Of a stretch of DNA of 64,000 nucleotides, positions 1-12,842 are shown in pieces; position 1 is the first letter of the stretch, and every line of letters begins with the position of its first letter. The position numbers and the translations under genes are program-made. The stretch spans positions 27,900,001-27,964,000 of the forward strand of contig NC_043013.1 in NCBI RefSeq assembly GCF_006345805.1, read 5' to 3'. Source of the stretch: Octopus sinensis (taxonomy: Eukaryota). The notes under the pieces are model-generated. The model was not told where the DNA came from, did no database searches, and saw only the letters and a list, made by a program, of their open reading frames with translations.

Positions 1-460
1 GTTAAGCAAGTGAGATGTTGAGCAGATGAAAACTAAAGTTTACAGACAAGACATAAATCAAAAGCAACATAACTCATTCACTTCCCTCTCTTTCTCTCAC
101 CACTACACACACACATGTGTGCATACACACACACACACATATATATAGAGAGAGGTGGAGTGAAGGGAGAGATACACACATACTCACACAACTGCACATG
201 AATGTCTCTGTGCATGTGTGTATGTGTGTGTGTATACATATACATTTATTTAACTTCAAGGATTTACAAAACAACATAAATACATAAATAATGCAAAATA
301 ACATTTGACCGATAAATGAAAAGAACAAAAGCAATAATCAATTTTTGAAAGAATAACAGAGAAGTTGATCACGTCTGGGAGGGAAATACACGCAGAATCA
401 TTGGCTGACCAAAATAACACCAATATGAATTAGTTGAACAATGTAATGTAATTTATACCC

Positions 461-608
461 ATGTAGGCATGACTTTGCAATCACATGGTTTTGGGTTCTG
501 TCCCACTGCATGGCACTTTGAGCAAGTGTCTTCTACTAGAGCCTTGAGATGACCAATGCTTTGTGAATGAATCTTGTTGACTGAAACTGCATGGAAGCCT
601 GTTGCATA
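461..608 (+). mobile_element. SINE family A, decayed 5' half (duplicated at 1729-1876)
   Basis: Matches family-A head seen intact at 50701 (ACATGGTT..GGGTTCAGTCCCACTGC.TGGCACCTTGGGCAAGTGTCTTCTACTA). Confidence 0.85.
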
Positions 609-890
609 TCATCATCATTATTATTGTTTAAAGTCTGTTTTCCGTGCTGGCATGGGTTGGGCGGTTTGACTGGGGACTGGGAAGCCAGGAGGCTGCACCA
701 GGCTCCAATCTGATCTGGCAATGCTTCAACAGCTGGATGCTCTTCCTAATGCCAACGACTACGAGAGTGTAGTGGGTGCTTTTTATGTGCCACTGGCACA
801 GGAGCCATACAGGCAGCACTGGCATCAGCCATGTTTGGATGGTGCTTTTTACGTGCTACCAGCACAGGCAATGACCTACGCATGAATGGT
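609..890 (-). mobile_element. SINE family B (AGGAAGGGCATCCAGC module, (ATG)n tail); duplicated at 1877-2160
   Basis: CATCATCAT..TTTCC.TGCTGGCATGGGTTGG..GCTGGATGC.CTTCCTAATGCCAAC..GTAGTGGGTGCTTTTTA; >10 homologous copies in window. Confidence 0.9.
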
Positions 891-900
891 GCTTATTGCA

Positions 901-930
901 TATGTATATATATATATCTATATATATATA

Positions 931-1019
<89 letters not shown>

Positions 1020-1031
1020 ATATATATATAT
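901..1031. repeat. (TA)n microsatellite at duplication junction
   Basis: Direct reading; several TT/AA phase shifts. Confidence 0.98.
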
Positions 1032-2167
1032 GTGTGTGTATGTATGTATACATACACACATGCTTATATACGCATATACATAGTGCACCTGAGCCTGTAT
1101 ACAATAAGTTTATCATTATATCATATATATACACATACATATACATACACACAGACACACATTACAGGGGAGAATACATGTATTTTATGTGTATACATCT
1201 AGGTAGATACAAAGCCTACAGATGAACACATAGAGCCACAACACAAACACACAGCAAGACTAAAGTGAGTTAAGCAAGTGAGATGTTGAGCAGATGAAAA
1301 CTAAAGTTTACAGACAAGACATAAATCAAAAGCAACATAACTCATTCACTTCCCTCTCTTTCTCTCACCACTACACACACACATGTGTGCATACACACAC
1401 ACACACATATATATAGAGAGAGGTGGAGTGAAGGGAGAGATACACACATACTCACACAACTGCACATGAATGTCTCTGTGCATGTGTGTATGTGTGTGTG
1501 TATACATATACATTTATTTAACTTCAAGGATTTACAAAACAACATAAATACATAAATAATGCAAAATAACATTTGACCGATAAATGAAAAGAACAAAAGC
1601 AATAATCAATTTTTGAAAGAATAACAGAGAAGTTGATCACGTCTGGGAGGGAAATACACGCAGAATCATTGGCTGACCAAAATAACACCAATATGAATTA
1701 GTTGAACAATGTAATGTAATTTATACCCATGTAGGCATGACTTTGCAATCACATGGTTTTGGGTTCTGTCCCACTGCATGGCACTTTGAGCAAGTGTCTT
1801 CTACTAGAGCCTTGAGATGACCAATGCTTTGTGAATGAATCTTGTTGACTGAAACTGCATGGAAGCCTGTTGCATATCATCATCATTATTATTGTTTAAA
1901 GTCTGTTTTCCGTGCTGGCATGGGTTGGGCGGTTTGACTGGGGACTGGGAAGCCAGGAGGCTGCACCAGGCTCCAATCTGATCTGGCAATGCTTCAACAG
2001 CTGGATGCTCTTCCTAATGCCAACGACTACGAGAGTGTAGTGGGTGCTTTTTATGTGCCACTGGCACAGGAGCCATACAGGCAGCACTGGCATCAGCCAT
2101 GTTTGGATGGTGCTTTTTACGTGCTACCAGCACAGGCAATGACCTACGCATGAATGGTGCTTATTGC

Positions 2168-2207
<40 letters not shown>

Positions 2208-2211
<4 letters not shown>

Positions 2212-2790
2212 CATAGAAAACCCATGACCAAGGTAAGACAGACCAGATAGAAAAAAATGAGATGTGACCAAGAAAAGACTAGCACCAGGGAAGGGCTGAG
2301 GCTAGACCAAGAATAAACTGACAACAAGAAAAGATAGGAACTAGAAAAATATAAAGATTGAGATCAAGGGAAAAAAGGAAAAAAAAATGATGCCAAGAAA
2401 AGGCCAAAAGAGAAGTCCTAGACTAGAACAAGGAAAGACTGATATGAGACAAAGACAAGACTAACAGAAAATGAAGAGCAAAAAAAAGACTAAAATAAGG
2501 CTGAGACTAGATCAATAAAGACCGAGACAAAAACCAGATGAAGAACAGTTCAAAACTGAGACCAAATCAAATAAGACTAAAACGAAGAAAAGTTCAACAT
2601 AAAGAAGACGAGGAGTAAATCAAAGAAAAGCTGAAAATGGACCAAGAAAAGGCTGAGGCTTGATGAAGAAAAGAATGAGATGAGATGAAGAAAAAAACCA
2701 GACAAAGATCAAAATGAGACTGAAATTGGTCAAAATAACAGATCAAGAACAAGATAAGATTGAGAACAAACTAAAAAAAAATGACCAACA
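2208..2790 (+). repeat. Degenerate purine-rich minisatellite (~22-bp GAGACTAGACCAAGAAAAGACT-like unit)
   Basis: Recurrent GACCAAGAAAA, CTGAGACTAGA, GATGAAGAAAA motifs; strong A/G strand bias. Confidence 0.65.
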
Positions 2791-3269
2791 CTGAAACCAT
2801 GAAAGCCAACACCTGAATCATGACCATGTGTACTTATAGCCTGCCACCTACCTATATATTTGTCACACCCGATTTGTAAGAAACAATGAATGAAGCATTG
2901 ACTGATACTGCAAATATTCACCCAGCTGAATAAAAGTCTAGTATATGGAGTAGAGGCAGTATTAGAATAATATAGATATCTATGTATCATACTTAATATA
3001 CGCACATCACAGAATATTTGTTATTATTTCATCATAGGTTACATAATCTTTACATGTGTTTCACTTGTGCGTATTAGTATATTATGCAGCCATTGTTACA
3101 GACAGTAGCATAATCACCCTGAATACCAGATCATCAGAAGACGACTGAAATTTACTCCATTAATGTTACCAACATCAGTTGGTATGTAGAGCAAAGGTTT
3201 TCTGTTCCACAGTCTCATTTGAAACAGCAACTTTTCAATACACACACATACATATAATATATACAACAT

Positions 3270-3275
3270 GTATAT

Positions 3276-3372
<97 letters not shown>

Positions 3373-3452
3373 AAACATATGATATATACATATAATATAT
3401 ATGATATATACATAATTATTATATATATAAAATACAAATGATATATATATAA
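3270..3452. repeat. (TA)n microsatellite
   Basis: Direct reading. Confidence 0.97.
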
Positions 3453-3705
3453 TATGTGTATGTGCGTGTATATTTGTGTATGCATGTGCTGAGAGTATGA
3501 GAAGTCTGACAAAGTATCAATACTTTGGGGAAGAGGCAGGGTGTGGTGGTAAAAATGGTGGTGGTAGTGGTTACATTATGATCAAAGAAGAACTAAAATA
3601 GTTAAATTCCTTTGAAGATGGCAATAACAGTAACAATAAGAACAATATCCAAAGTACATTAGTAAAAGTCTGTTAGTAAATGCTACGCTTCATTACACAA
3701 GAGAG

Positions 3706-3746
<41 letters not shown>

Positions 3747-4115
3747 TGTTTGTGGAAGTGTGCATGTGTTTGTTGTGTTTGTGAGTGGATGCTTTGTTTG
3801 TGTGGGTGAGTGTTTGAATTTATGTAATCTTCTGGCTATTTCTTTATAATATCAAAAATTGGACAAATATCATCAACACATACACACATGTATAGGCTAT
3901 ATATGTTTGCGTGTGTGTGTGTATTTTATATCCATTTCATAGTAATTTTCAGAAGAAAAAAAGAGTACTCAATAACATCATAGAAATCAATATTTTATTT
4001 TGATTGAGTGAGTCTCTTGCTACTCTGAGTTTCACCTGTAGGTGCACAAGATATTCAGGCAAATGTGTATGTATGTATGTGTGTGTGTATGAGTGCCTGT
4101 GTATGTGTGTGTGTA

Positions 4116-4148
<33 letters not shown>

Positions 4149-4206
4149 GATAGATAGATAGATGGATATATGCACACACATACATATATGTATGTGTATA
4201 TATATC

Positions 4207-4242
<36 letters not shown>

Positions 4243-4269
4243 GTAGTGAAACCAAGACTACATTCTAAT

Positions 4270-4960
4270 TTTTGTCTTTTATATTAAGGTATTTTTCATA
4301 TTTTGTATATGCCTTTTGCAGTTTGTTTGAAGCATTAATGATTCTAAACTCATCAGCAAATATTTCTAGACTTTCTCAACCACATCTTCAGGATGTGAAG
4401 TATTGTTGGTCATGTAATATGGAATTCATTCTTTTACAAATACAAATGTATTTTGTAGAGACTTTACTGCAAAGATTTGTGTAGACTTTAATTACACAAT
4501 TCGAAATAGGAAATGTTAGTGTTAGATTTATGTATTATCCGATATGTTTATTGTGTTTGTGTTATGTGTACATTTTCCAAGTATTTAGTTGAGCATTGAG
4601 CTATGGTATTAGTAGTTCTTGTATCAATAATTTTCTATTTTTGTGGGGAATTCAATAAAGTGTGAATGTATTCTTCACTAATGTTTTCCTGTCTAGCTTT
4701 GTATTGTGTCACATAGTATTTTGCAATTGTTTGTTATAAATGCATGGCGAACCTGTGAAAAAGTGTTGTGCCTGTATGGCCATATAACAGTTGAAGTCAT
4801 TAAGTTTATAACTTTGACAATTACAATTGAATTTTTAAGTCACACTGAACATTTGAAGTTTGTTTTCAGGTTCACAAGTTTCTGATTTGTTATTAAATAA
4901 GCCACTTTTTGATTTTAGTGCTTGTGTAATAATGTTACTTTATGATTTGGCATGATGCAC
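4270..4960 (-). mobile_element. Probable decayed Penelope-like element 3' end (GIY-YIG remnant)
   Basis: Minus-strand 4784-4740 reads YGHTGTTLFHRFAMH (cf. PLE YIGQTGxxLxxRxxxH), preceded by NFKCSV*LKNSI; CTGAAGA/CTGATGA motifs downstream; heavily frameshifted. Confidence 0.45.
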
Positions 4961-5188
4961 TTTGTGTTATATGTGTGTATGTAAATGTATGTATGTATGT
5001 GTATGTAGCAAGTCTATTTTATATGCACACATAACCACAGAAGGAGCAGAATTCCACTTGTTATGCTAATATTTAACAAGGATGTCACAAATTACATCAA
5101 TGGTCTATTACCAATTGTGTGGTGTCTATTTACAGCTAGATGAATGGAACCCTTATTTTGGTTACTTATGTAAAACAGCACTGATTGA

Positions 5189-5287
5189 ATCTATCTATCT
5201 ATCTGTCTATCTATCTATCTATCTGTCCTGTCTATCTTTCTGTCTTGTCTATCTCTCTCTCTATTTATCTATCTATCTATCTATCTG

Positions 5288-5342
<55 letters not shown>

Positions 5343-5369
5343 CTGTCTGTCTATCTGTCTATCTATCTA
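5189..5369. repeat. (TCTA)n/(TA)n compound microsatellite
   Basis: Direct reading. Confidence 0.95.
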
Positions 5370-5855
5370 GACTTGAGTTGCTATTTCTAGCAGATTGAGG
5401 AACCATATAGAAAATTTCCTTGCTGGTTAGAGTTTGTCAAGTTAGATCCTTTTCCATGAAAGTGACTAAGGCTGGAAATCACTGCTCAAAGAACTAAAGT
5501 CAAGTGAAATGACTTTGCAGAGAATCTAATCTGGTTTGCAGACTAGGTTTTATGGGGTCTGGAATCTTAGCACACCCCTCTACTCTATGAAGCATGTACT
5601 TCCTGAAGTGATTACCTAATAAAAAATAATTAGAGCTAGAAGTGAGCAGTACAATTCCTGAACTGAAATAAATCAAATTGCAGGCAACAAACAGCATGGC
5701 CTAAGCCAGTTCTTTACCTACTTCTTGGCTTCATGAAATAAGCAGTAGCGATACACTTGCCACACACACATATACACACATCTATACATACAAGCACACA
5801 CACACATACACACATCTATACATACAAGCACACACACACATATACTTATAAATAC

Positions 5856-5906
<51 letters not shown>

Positions 5907-6347
5907 GTACAAATATATATACAGAAACACATGCACACACACACACACACTGGTTTAATCAAATATGGAACCAATTTAATAGAGTTGATACAGCACTGCT
6001 AATTAGTAACAAATTAACCAAAGCTGTCAACTACTCTTAAAAACAACAATGAAAACTAGTAAAAGCACTGTAAAAAAAGGTGGGGGTCAAAATAAATAAA
6101 TAAAGATTAAAAATAAAGGAACTTTTATTCGGGGTAAACAAGAGCTAGTTCAAACAAAGCACTCAATAAGTTAATTAGCACTGACATATTAGGGTGAGAA
6201 GCTTAAAGAATTAAATGGACTTTTAAAGAATTAAAAGGACTTAGATGACAAGAACGAAACTCTGCAAGTTTATGCCATTATCGTCTATGCCTTCCGATGT
6301 TCCAGTTACAAATAAAAAATATGGTATTTTAAAAAAATGTGTTTACA

Positions 6348-6580
6348 TCATCATCATCATCATTTAATGTCTGTTGTCCATGCTGGCATAGGTTGGATGG
6401 TTTGATGAGAGCTGGCAAGCTGATGGGGCTGCACCAGGCTCCAGTCTGATTTGACATGGTTTCTACAGCTGGATACTCTTCTTAATGCCAACCAACCATT
6501 TCACAGAGTGTACCAAAAGTTTTTTTATGTGATACCAGCATCAGCAAGAGTACCAAGTATCAGCTCAACTGAGGGATCTT
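6348..6580 (-). mobile_element. SINE family B
   Basis: Homology to 609-890; (CAT)n at left end. Confidence 0.88.
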
Positions 6581-6582
6581 GT

Positions 6583-6915
6583 GAAGGCACATGGCTCAGT
6601 GATTAGAGCGTTGAGCTTATGATCGTGCGGTTGTAAGTTCAATTCCTGGAGCAGGCTATAAGTTGTGTTCTTGAGCAAGACACTTTATTTCACATTGCTC
6701 CTGTTCACTCAGCTGTAGAAATGAGTTGCGACATCACAGATGCCGGGCTGTATCAGCCTTTGCCTTTCCCTAGGATAACATCAGTGGTGTGGAGAGGGGG
6801 GTGTGGTATGCCTGGACACCTGCTGGTCTTCAATAAACAACCTTGCCCAGGCTTGTGCCTCGGAGGGTAACTTTCTAGGTGCAATCCCAAGGTCATTAAT
6901 GACCGAAGGAGGTTA
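6583..6915 (+). mobile_element. tRNA-derived SINE family E, near full length
   Basis: Pol III A box TGGCTCAGTGA (6592), B box GTTCAATTCC (6637), then TTCTTGAGCAAGACACTTTATTTCACATTGCTCC module shared with 43635 and 52345 copies. Confidence 0.85.
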
Positions 6916-7013
6916 CCTGACTGAGTGGGGTATAGAATGGAGAGATAAGAAACTAAGATAGAGGATCAGGAGCAGGTGTCTTGCAGAAGAGGTGAATACA
7001 TGGCTTATTCACC

Positions 7014-7015
<2 letters not shown>

Positions 7016-7087
<72 letters not shown>
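7016..7087. repeat. (GA)n microsatellite
   Basis: Direct reading. Confidence 0.99.
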
Positions 7088-7090
<3 letters not shown>

Positions 7091-7329
7091 GTGATGTCAA
7101 AGTACAAGGTGAATATAAAAGATATGATGAAGGAGCAGAAACGGTGGATGGGTAGGTCAGTGCACAAAGGATGAGAATATAAGAATAGTGTGACAGATGA
7201 TTAGAGATAGGGAATGAATTGGGCACAGAGAAGGGGAAGTGGGGGAAGGAAACAGGGTAATGGAGAAGATTGATGGAAGAATGGCTGTTAAGAAAAAGAC
7301 GAGCTGTGGTGGAAGGTCTTCTCAAGCAC

Positions 7330-7830
7330 AGCCTATCACCATTCAAGTATTTATATGTGCGTATTTAGTTATGTCAGCTTATATCCTGAGTTCAAACACC
7401 ATGTTAATTCAGTTTATTTTCCTATTTCCTGGGGCCAATAAGGTAAGTACGAGTTAATTGCTGTTAGAGATTTGATTCAATATTTACCCCTCCTCAGCCT
7501 TGTAAGCAATGATACAAATCATAATATTTATCAGTAAAAGTAATAATAGTAGTTGTAACAACAGCAACAGCAGTAGTAGTAGTAGTAGTAGTAATATGTG
7601 GAGAAAGTGGGTGATGCGAGGAAGATTATGGTTTTTTTTCTTTTGTCTTTTTTTTTTTAGTTATAGCTGCTATAAGACCATTAATAATATATTATACTAA
7701 CTTTGCCCTTTAATCCTGACTCTGAACAAATAAGTACCAGTGATATACGGAGTGTTAATGTATTTATTTATACCCTCTCCCTCTCCCCTCACCTCACACA
7801 CCTATAAATTTATGACCTTATGCCAATGTA
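7330..7830 (+). mobile_element. Two decayed SINE family D fragments
   Basis: CTGAGTTCAAA, CTTTGCCCTTTAATCC, ATAAGTACCAG motifs shared with 36985-37825 copies. Confidence 0.6.
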
Positions 7831-8664
7831 AGAGAAATCAATATTAATATCGGATGGGTGGGTGGGTGGGGGCAGAGAAGATGGAGGAGAGAAAGCAGTG
7901 TGAGAAAGAGCTATGAAGGAGAGTAATTAAAAAAAAATTACATAATTTAGTAAAAAAGAATGTAACAAAACAATAACAAAAAAAATAATAATAGAGAAAA
8001 GAGAGAGAGAGAGAGAAAAAAAGAAACTGACAGGAAAATTAGTTGAAATGTTTCAAGAATTCACAAAGAAAATTCCATCATGTTTGTCTTGAATCAAGAT
8101 ATGAGAAGTAAAATCAATGTAAATTGAATATCAATAATAATTTAACACTTCACTCTGTTGTAAGAGATACACTGATACGGTTAATGAAATCTTATGAGAG
8201 AGTTGATACAGCATCAATTAACAAATTGGAAATATTTGCAGCAAGCCAGTTAGACGAGCATTTAAACTGATTGTAATTCATGCAGTGGTGGAGGTCTTTG
8301 AAAAGATTAATTAAAGCAGGCTAATGCTGCTACGAATTCTATCAGATTACTCAAAGTAAAATCCTTCGTCAGATGACAGTCAATCAGAATTGTTATACAA
8401 TGAAAAGAAATATCTGAATTATTTAGAGCAGCCTTGGCAAACTCACAAGAATTCTTTTATAGGAAATATTGATTTCTTTGGTCAATATTTTATACAGGTG
8501 GAGGCAGGTGCAGTCAACTGATTCCCAATCAACACCAATATGTTAGTGGTGATGTGCTAACTTATTCCATCGACCCTGAATGGATGAAAAGCAAAGATGA
8601 CCACACAAGTGAAGTATTTAACTCAGAATGAACAAAGATAAAACCGGATAAAAAAAAAATGAGG

Positions 8665-8895
8665 GTAGCTATGTGGATAAGGTACTGGATAACTAACTCA
8701 TAAGTCACAGGTTCAATTCCATTTCAAGCATTTCATAATGTACATTGGTAGTACACTTAATATTAGATTGCCTTAGTTCACTTAGCTTTCAAAATGACTA
8801 TTACATTATCTGGGGAAAGATATCTGCAATGGACTGGCATCCAATCCAGTGGAAGATTTATTTCTCATCTACTTAATGCCATGAAACTTGAGTAC
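8665..8895 (+). mobile_element. Decayed SINE family E2
   Basis: GGTTCAATTCC B box; CTGCAATGGACTGGCATCC module; GCCATGAAACT end. Confidence 0.6.
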
Positions 8896-9480
8896 CAGCT
8901 CTCAAAAATCTCATTGAGGATATTAACATCACATGAGAAATACATTTGGTCAGAAATTCTGCAGCTTCTTCCAACACTCCACTCACTTCATTTTTCTTTT
9001 CTATGTCCCAGAAGGTAAAGTTTGACCTTCCCTTCCATCATGAGATTTGAACACAAAATCCAAATATTATACATTCTCAAATATAAGGTCTAGTTTTCCT
9101 TATATTTATTCTTATTTTTTTCCAAAATAACTTCGCTAAAAATGAAAAAAAAAAAATTTTCTTATATTTAAGACTTCCCATGTCCTTACAAGACACCAGA
9201 CTTTGTGATGATACGAACTGTAAGGCAAATCCTTATTTTTTATGGATAATTTTTGACCCCTCTTCCCACCCACAGTCATTATACGTATATATGACAAAAC
9301 AAGCTATTCAACCTACTTCTATATTATATTTGCCTTTTCTATTAATACAGGAAATATTCAAGAGACATGTGGGCCATAACAAATAATATTTGTTAACATT
9401 GGACACTTCTCATTAACAAATTAATTGGAATATATTTTTTAAAAAACAAAATCAGTTAATCTCAAATTCCTACCTTATTT

Positions 9481-9652
9481 CCACCCTTTTGACACCAATC
9501 CACCTGTGACTATCCCAGGTTCAATGTTAATTCATGTTCTAAACATCAGTTTAATAATGACAAAGTTACTTAGATGTTTTTTTCATTATTTTAAAAATTA
9601 ACTGAAGTAACGACATCATATTTCAGCAAAAATATAGTAACAAAAGGGTTAA
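9481..9652 (+). mobile_element. piggyBac-like MITE family F2
   Basis: CCCTTTTGACACCAA...CAAAAGGG-TTAA; homologous to 35960 and 54398. Confidence 0.7.
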
Positions 9653-9725
9653 AGTCAAACCCTGAATCAGCCATCTCTAGTGATAATATTAAGTTCCATA
9701 ATCCATTGCATCACTGGGATGGTAC

Positions 9726-10344
9726 TGAAGACTTTATCTTTAACACTTTAGCATTTAAACCAGCCATATCTGGCCAAAATATTCTACCAGTTTTATGTAC
9801 AAAACAGCTAGATTTGGCCTTTCACACCTACCCTGCAATGTCACTCCACATGTAAATAATCACATCATCGAGATCTTAAAGATATGAGATAATGCAGATT
9901 AAATCAAAACATGCCAATGGTACGTAAAAAGCCCCCAGCATACTCTGTAAAGTGGTTGGCATTAAGAAGGGCATAGAGCTGTAGAAACCATGCCACAACA
10001 GACAATAGGAATCTGGTCAGCTCCATGTCAAATCGTCCAACCCATGCCAGCAAGGAAAGCAGACGTTAAATGATGATGATGAATGTGAATAAATAAGCAT
10101 TTCATTTGACAGAATAATCTGAATGCTAAAGGGTTAAATTGGCCATATCAGGTCCAAACATTCCACTCCTTTTATGTCCAATCTGGCAAGATCTGCCTCT
10201 CACACCGACTCTACAATGTCATTGTAATATAAACAATAACATCATTGAAATATTGAAGTTAGGATAAAATTCATGATTAATTCAAAATGATGCAAATAAA
10301 TATGAATTGCATTTGACAGAGTAATCTGAATGCTAAAAAGGTAA
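9726..10344 (+). mobile_element. piggyBac-like MITE family F1: one copy (9740-10137) nested in the internal TTAA of another
   Basis: TTAA-CACTTTAGCATTTAAACC...GAATGCTAAAGGG-TTAA, immediately followed by a second body lacking only the first 11 nt; homologous to 46665 and 58633. Confidence 0.8.
9912..10082 (+). mobile_element. SINE family B inserted in F1 MITE
   Basis: ACGTAAAAAGC..AAGAAGGGCAT..CCAACCCATGCCAGCA..GTTAAATGATGATG interrupts MITE sequence that is contiguous at ~58800. Confidence 0.9.
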
Positions 10345-10348
10345 ACTG

Positions 10349-10402
10349 TGCACCAATCATAATGCACCATTCATAATGCACCATTCATAATGCACCAATC
10401 AT
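10349..10402. repeat. 14-bp tandem repeat TGCACCAWTCATAA x~4
   Basis: Direct reading. Confidence 0.95.
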
Positions 10403-12842
10403 CAATCATAGGTAAACACAATGCTAATAAGGAAGGAGTGCTGAATAAGGAAAAAAATTTGAAAATGTGCACTAACAAAGGAAGGTATCAAGGGAGGAGA
10501 TAAGGAAAGAAGATTAAAAATATACTTAAGAAAGAAATGGTGAGATCATGTAAGAATATGTTGAGCAAAAAACAAAAGTATTACAAGCAGCAGGAGGACA
10601 TAAATTGATGCTAAAATAGAAGAATGGATAAAATGATGACAGTCATGATGATTTCACTCTTTACTCTGTTGAGTAGTACCATAGAATTGTACCCACAGAC
10701 AACTTGGTAAAGCAGGATCCAGTAAGAATTAAATGATTTTGTTAAGGAAGGAGTAGAGCGCTGAGGACATAATGTCAACCTGACCCTTTGATAAATTAAA
10801 TAAACTGACCCCTTAGCAAATTGGTCAACTGCAATTCTTAATTTTTCTATGTGTCTGTGTGTATTTACATATGTGAGAGTATATGACTGAGTAACGAACA
10901 AAAGAAAGTGGCACCCAACACATTTGATTGGAATTACATATATTATTTGATAACAGTGTACATATACACTAGACAGACAGACAGACAGATATTACATACA
11001 TAATGCTAACAATAGAAATTCCAAAAATTACACTAAAGCTTTCCTAAACAAACACCCCCACTCCACTCCTCTCTGGCTAATGTTGACCACTTTTGCTGAT
11101 GCCGGATGTCACATGATACCATATTTAATCACTACTTCTGCTATTATATCTGCTTCATACATATTAAAGATCAAAGATACAATTCACACACACAAACAAA
11201 CAAACATGGTGTATATAATTTGCTGAATATGATTAGCTGGGGTAGCAGATGTGCTTTACTTATAAGTCAGGTGACCAACACAGAAAACAATACTTTAGTT
11301 AATGTTAATGTATTTAATGCACAGAGCTTTAAAAAACTAGCTAGAAATATGTGGAGAAAACAATTAATAACTAATTTTATTTTTATTTTTTGCAGCATGT
11401 ATGGAAGACAACTCAAGACATGTTTTGATTTTATCATGACCTCATCAGTGAAGCATAGTTTTCACATAATATTGTTTGTTTTCTTCCTTCCTTAGCAGCA
11501 TAATTATTTCTAGTAAGCTTTTCAATAAACCAGAAACTGGCAGAGTCATTAAAGCACTGGATGGAATACCATATGGTATTTATTTCTTGTGTTTTAAGTC
11601 CTGCCACAAATACTGTTGCAGCCTACATGAATGGTAACTTAATCCACTACATGGTTCAACACCACCACCTGGAACTTTTGGTATTTTTAGCAGAGCTCAT
11701 TCTGGTGCAAATCAGATCTCTGGTTTGAGGATGCCTCTCTCTCCCTGCTCCCCACCAGTCTCAATGGCCCTAAAGTGTCTAGGTCACAGCTATGCCCTCT
11801 TGATTAAGCAAATAAATGTAATTTCACTATTGCCTTACACTGAACCTGGCTTATTTACTCATCAGTAGTTTAAAAGCTACCTCACTGGTTCGTAATAATT
11901 TACTAAGTGACAGGTAGGTGTCACTGTGTGTTGGAAAGCTCCTAGTGAATTGAGATTTTCAACTGGAACATTTCAACTCCAGTTAACAGTAAGTTGAGTT
12001 AGAATTGCTCTTGCAGAATGTCATGTCTGTCACAAGTATCGGTATGTCTTACCTAAAACTTTCACACCTACATAAGAAGAAATTCCATTGCAAAAACAGG
12101 ATGCGAATATGTGTGTGTGTGTCTGTGTGTGTGTGAGAGAGAGAGAGAGAGAAAGAGAGTAAGAGAAGCTTTATTGTAAAATTGTATGGCAGTTAAATTG
12201 CCGTGTAATTAAGAATACCATCATAATTTTCAAGAACATTTCATGGATGAATGGTTGTCATCATAGGAAAATATACTGCTGTCAAGAGAAAGCTTCTCCA
12301 AGAAGCTTCAAATATATAAAAGTAACAGACTGTTTAACCCATGGCATACCGAGACATGGATTTATCTTACAGACACAAAACTTCATGTTTTCCCTAGACA
12401 AAGCAGAATGATTGAAGAGTGGTTGTGGAATGAGACTGAATGATGTTAATGCTTTATTCAAGAGTAAATTGGTTAATAGAAAGGTGGTTGAAGCAAAGTA
12501 AAAATAATAAAAAAATGGCACTGAAGAAAACCTGAGTGAGTCAACAGCAGTTATTGGATATATTATAAATAACTGGGGGCATAATATTTCACATATATGC
12601 ATACATATATGTAGACGCATCTGTGTAGTTACTTCCCAACCATGTGATCTCAGGTTCAATCCCACTGTGTGAACCTTTAGTAGATCTCTAGGTCAAACAA
12701 AAGTGGATTTGGTAGGCAGGAACTGAGAGAATGAGAGAAGCACATTATATATGTGTGTGAGTGTGTGTATCTTCAGGAAGTCATAAATCCAACAGATAAG
12801 CACATCTAAGTTATTAAGGGTTATAGATAAAGATAGATATGG

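Larger units (their letters stand above)
1..2173. repeat. Exact tandem duplication, period 1268 bp (1-~905 = 1269-~2173)
   Basis: GTTAAGCAAGTGAGATG at 1 recurs at 1269; identical ORF translations offset by 1268 (74/1342, 536/1804, 628/1896); both copies end in a (TA)n array. Confidence 0.97.
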
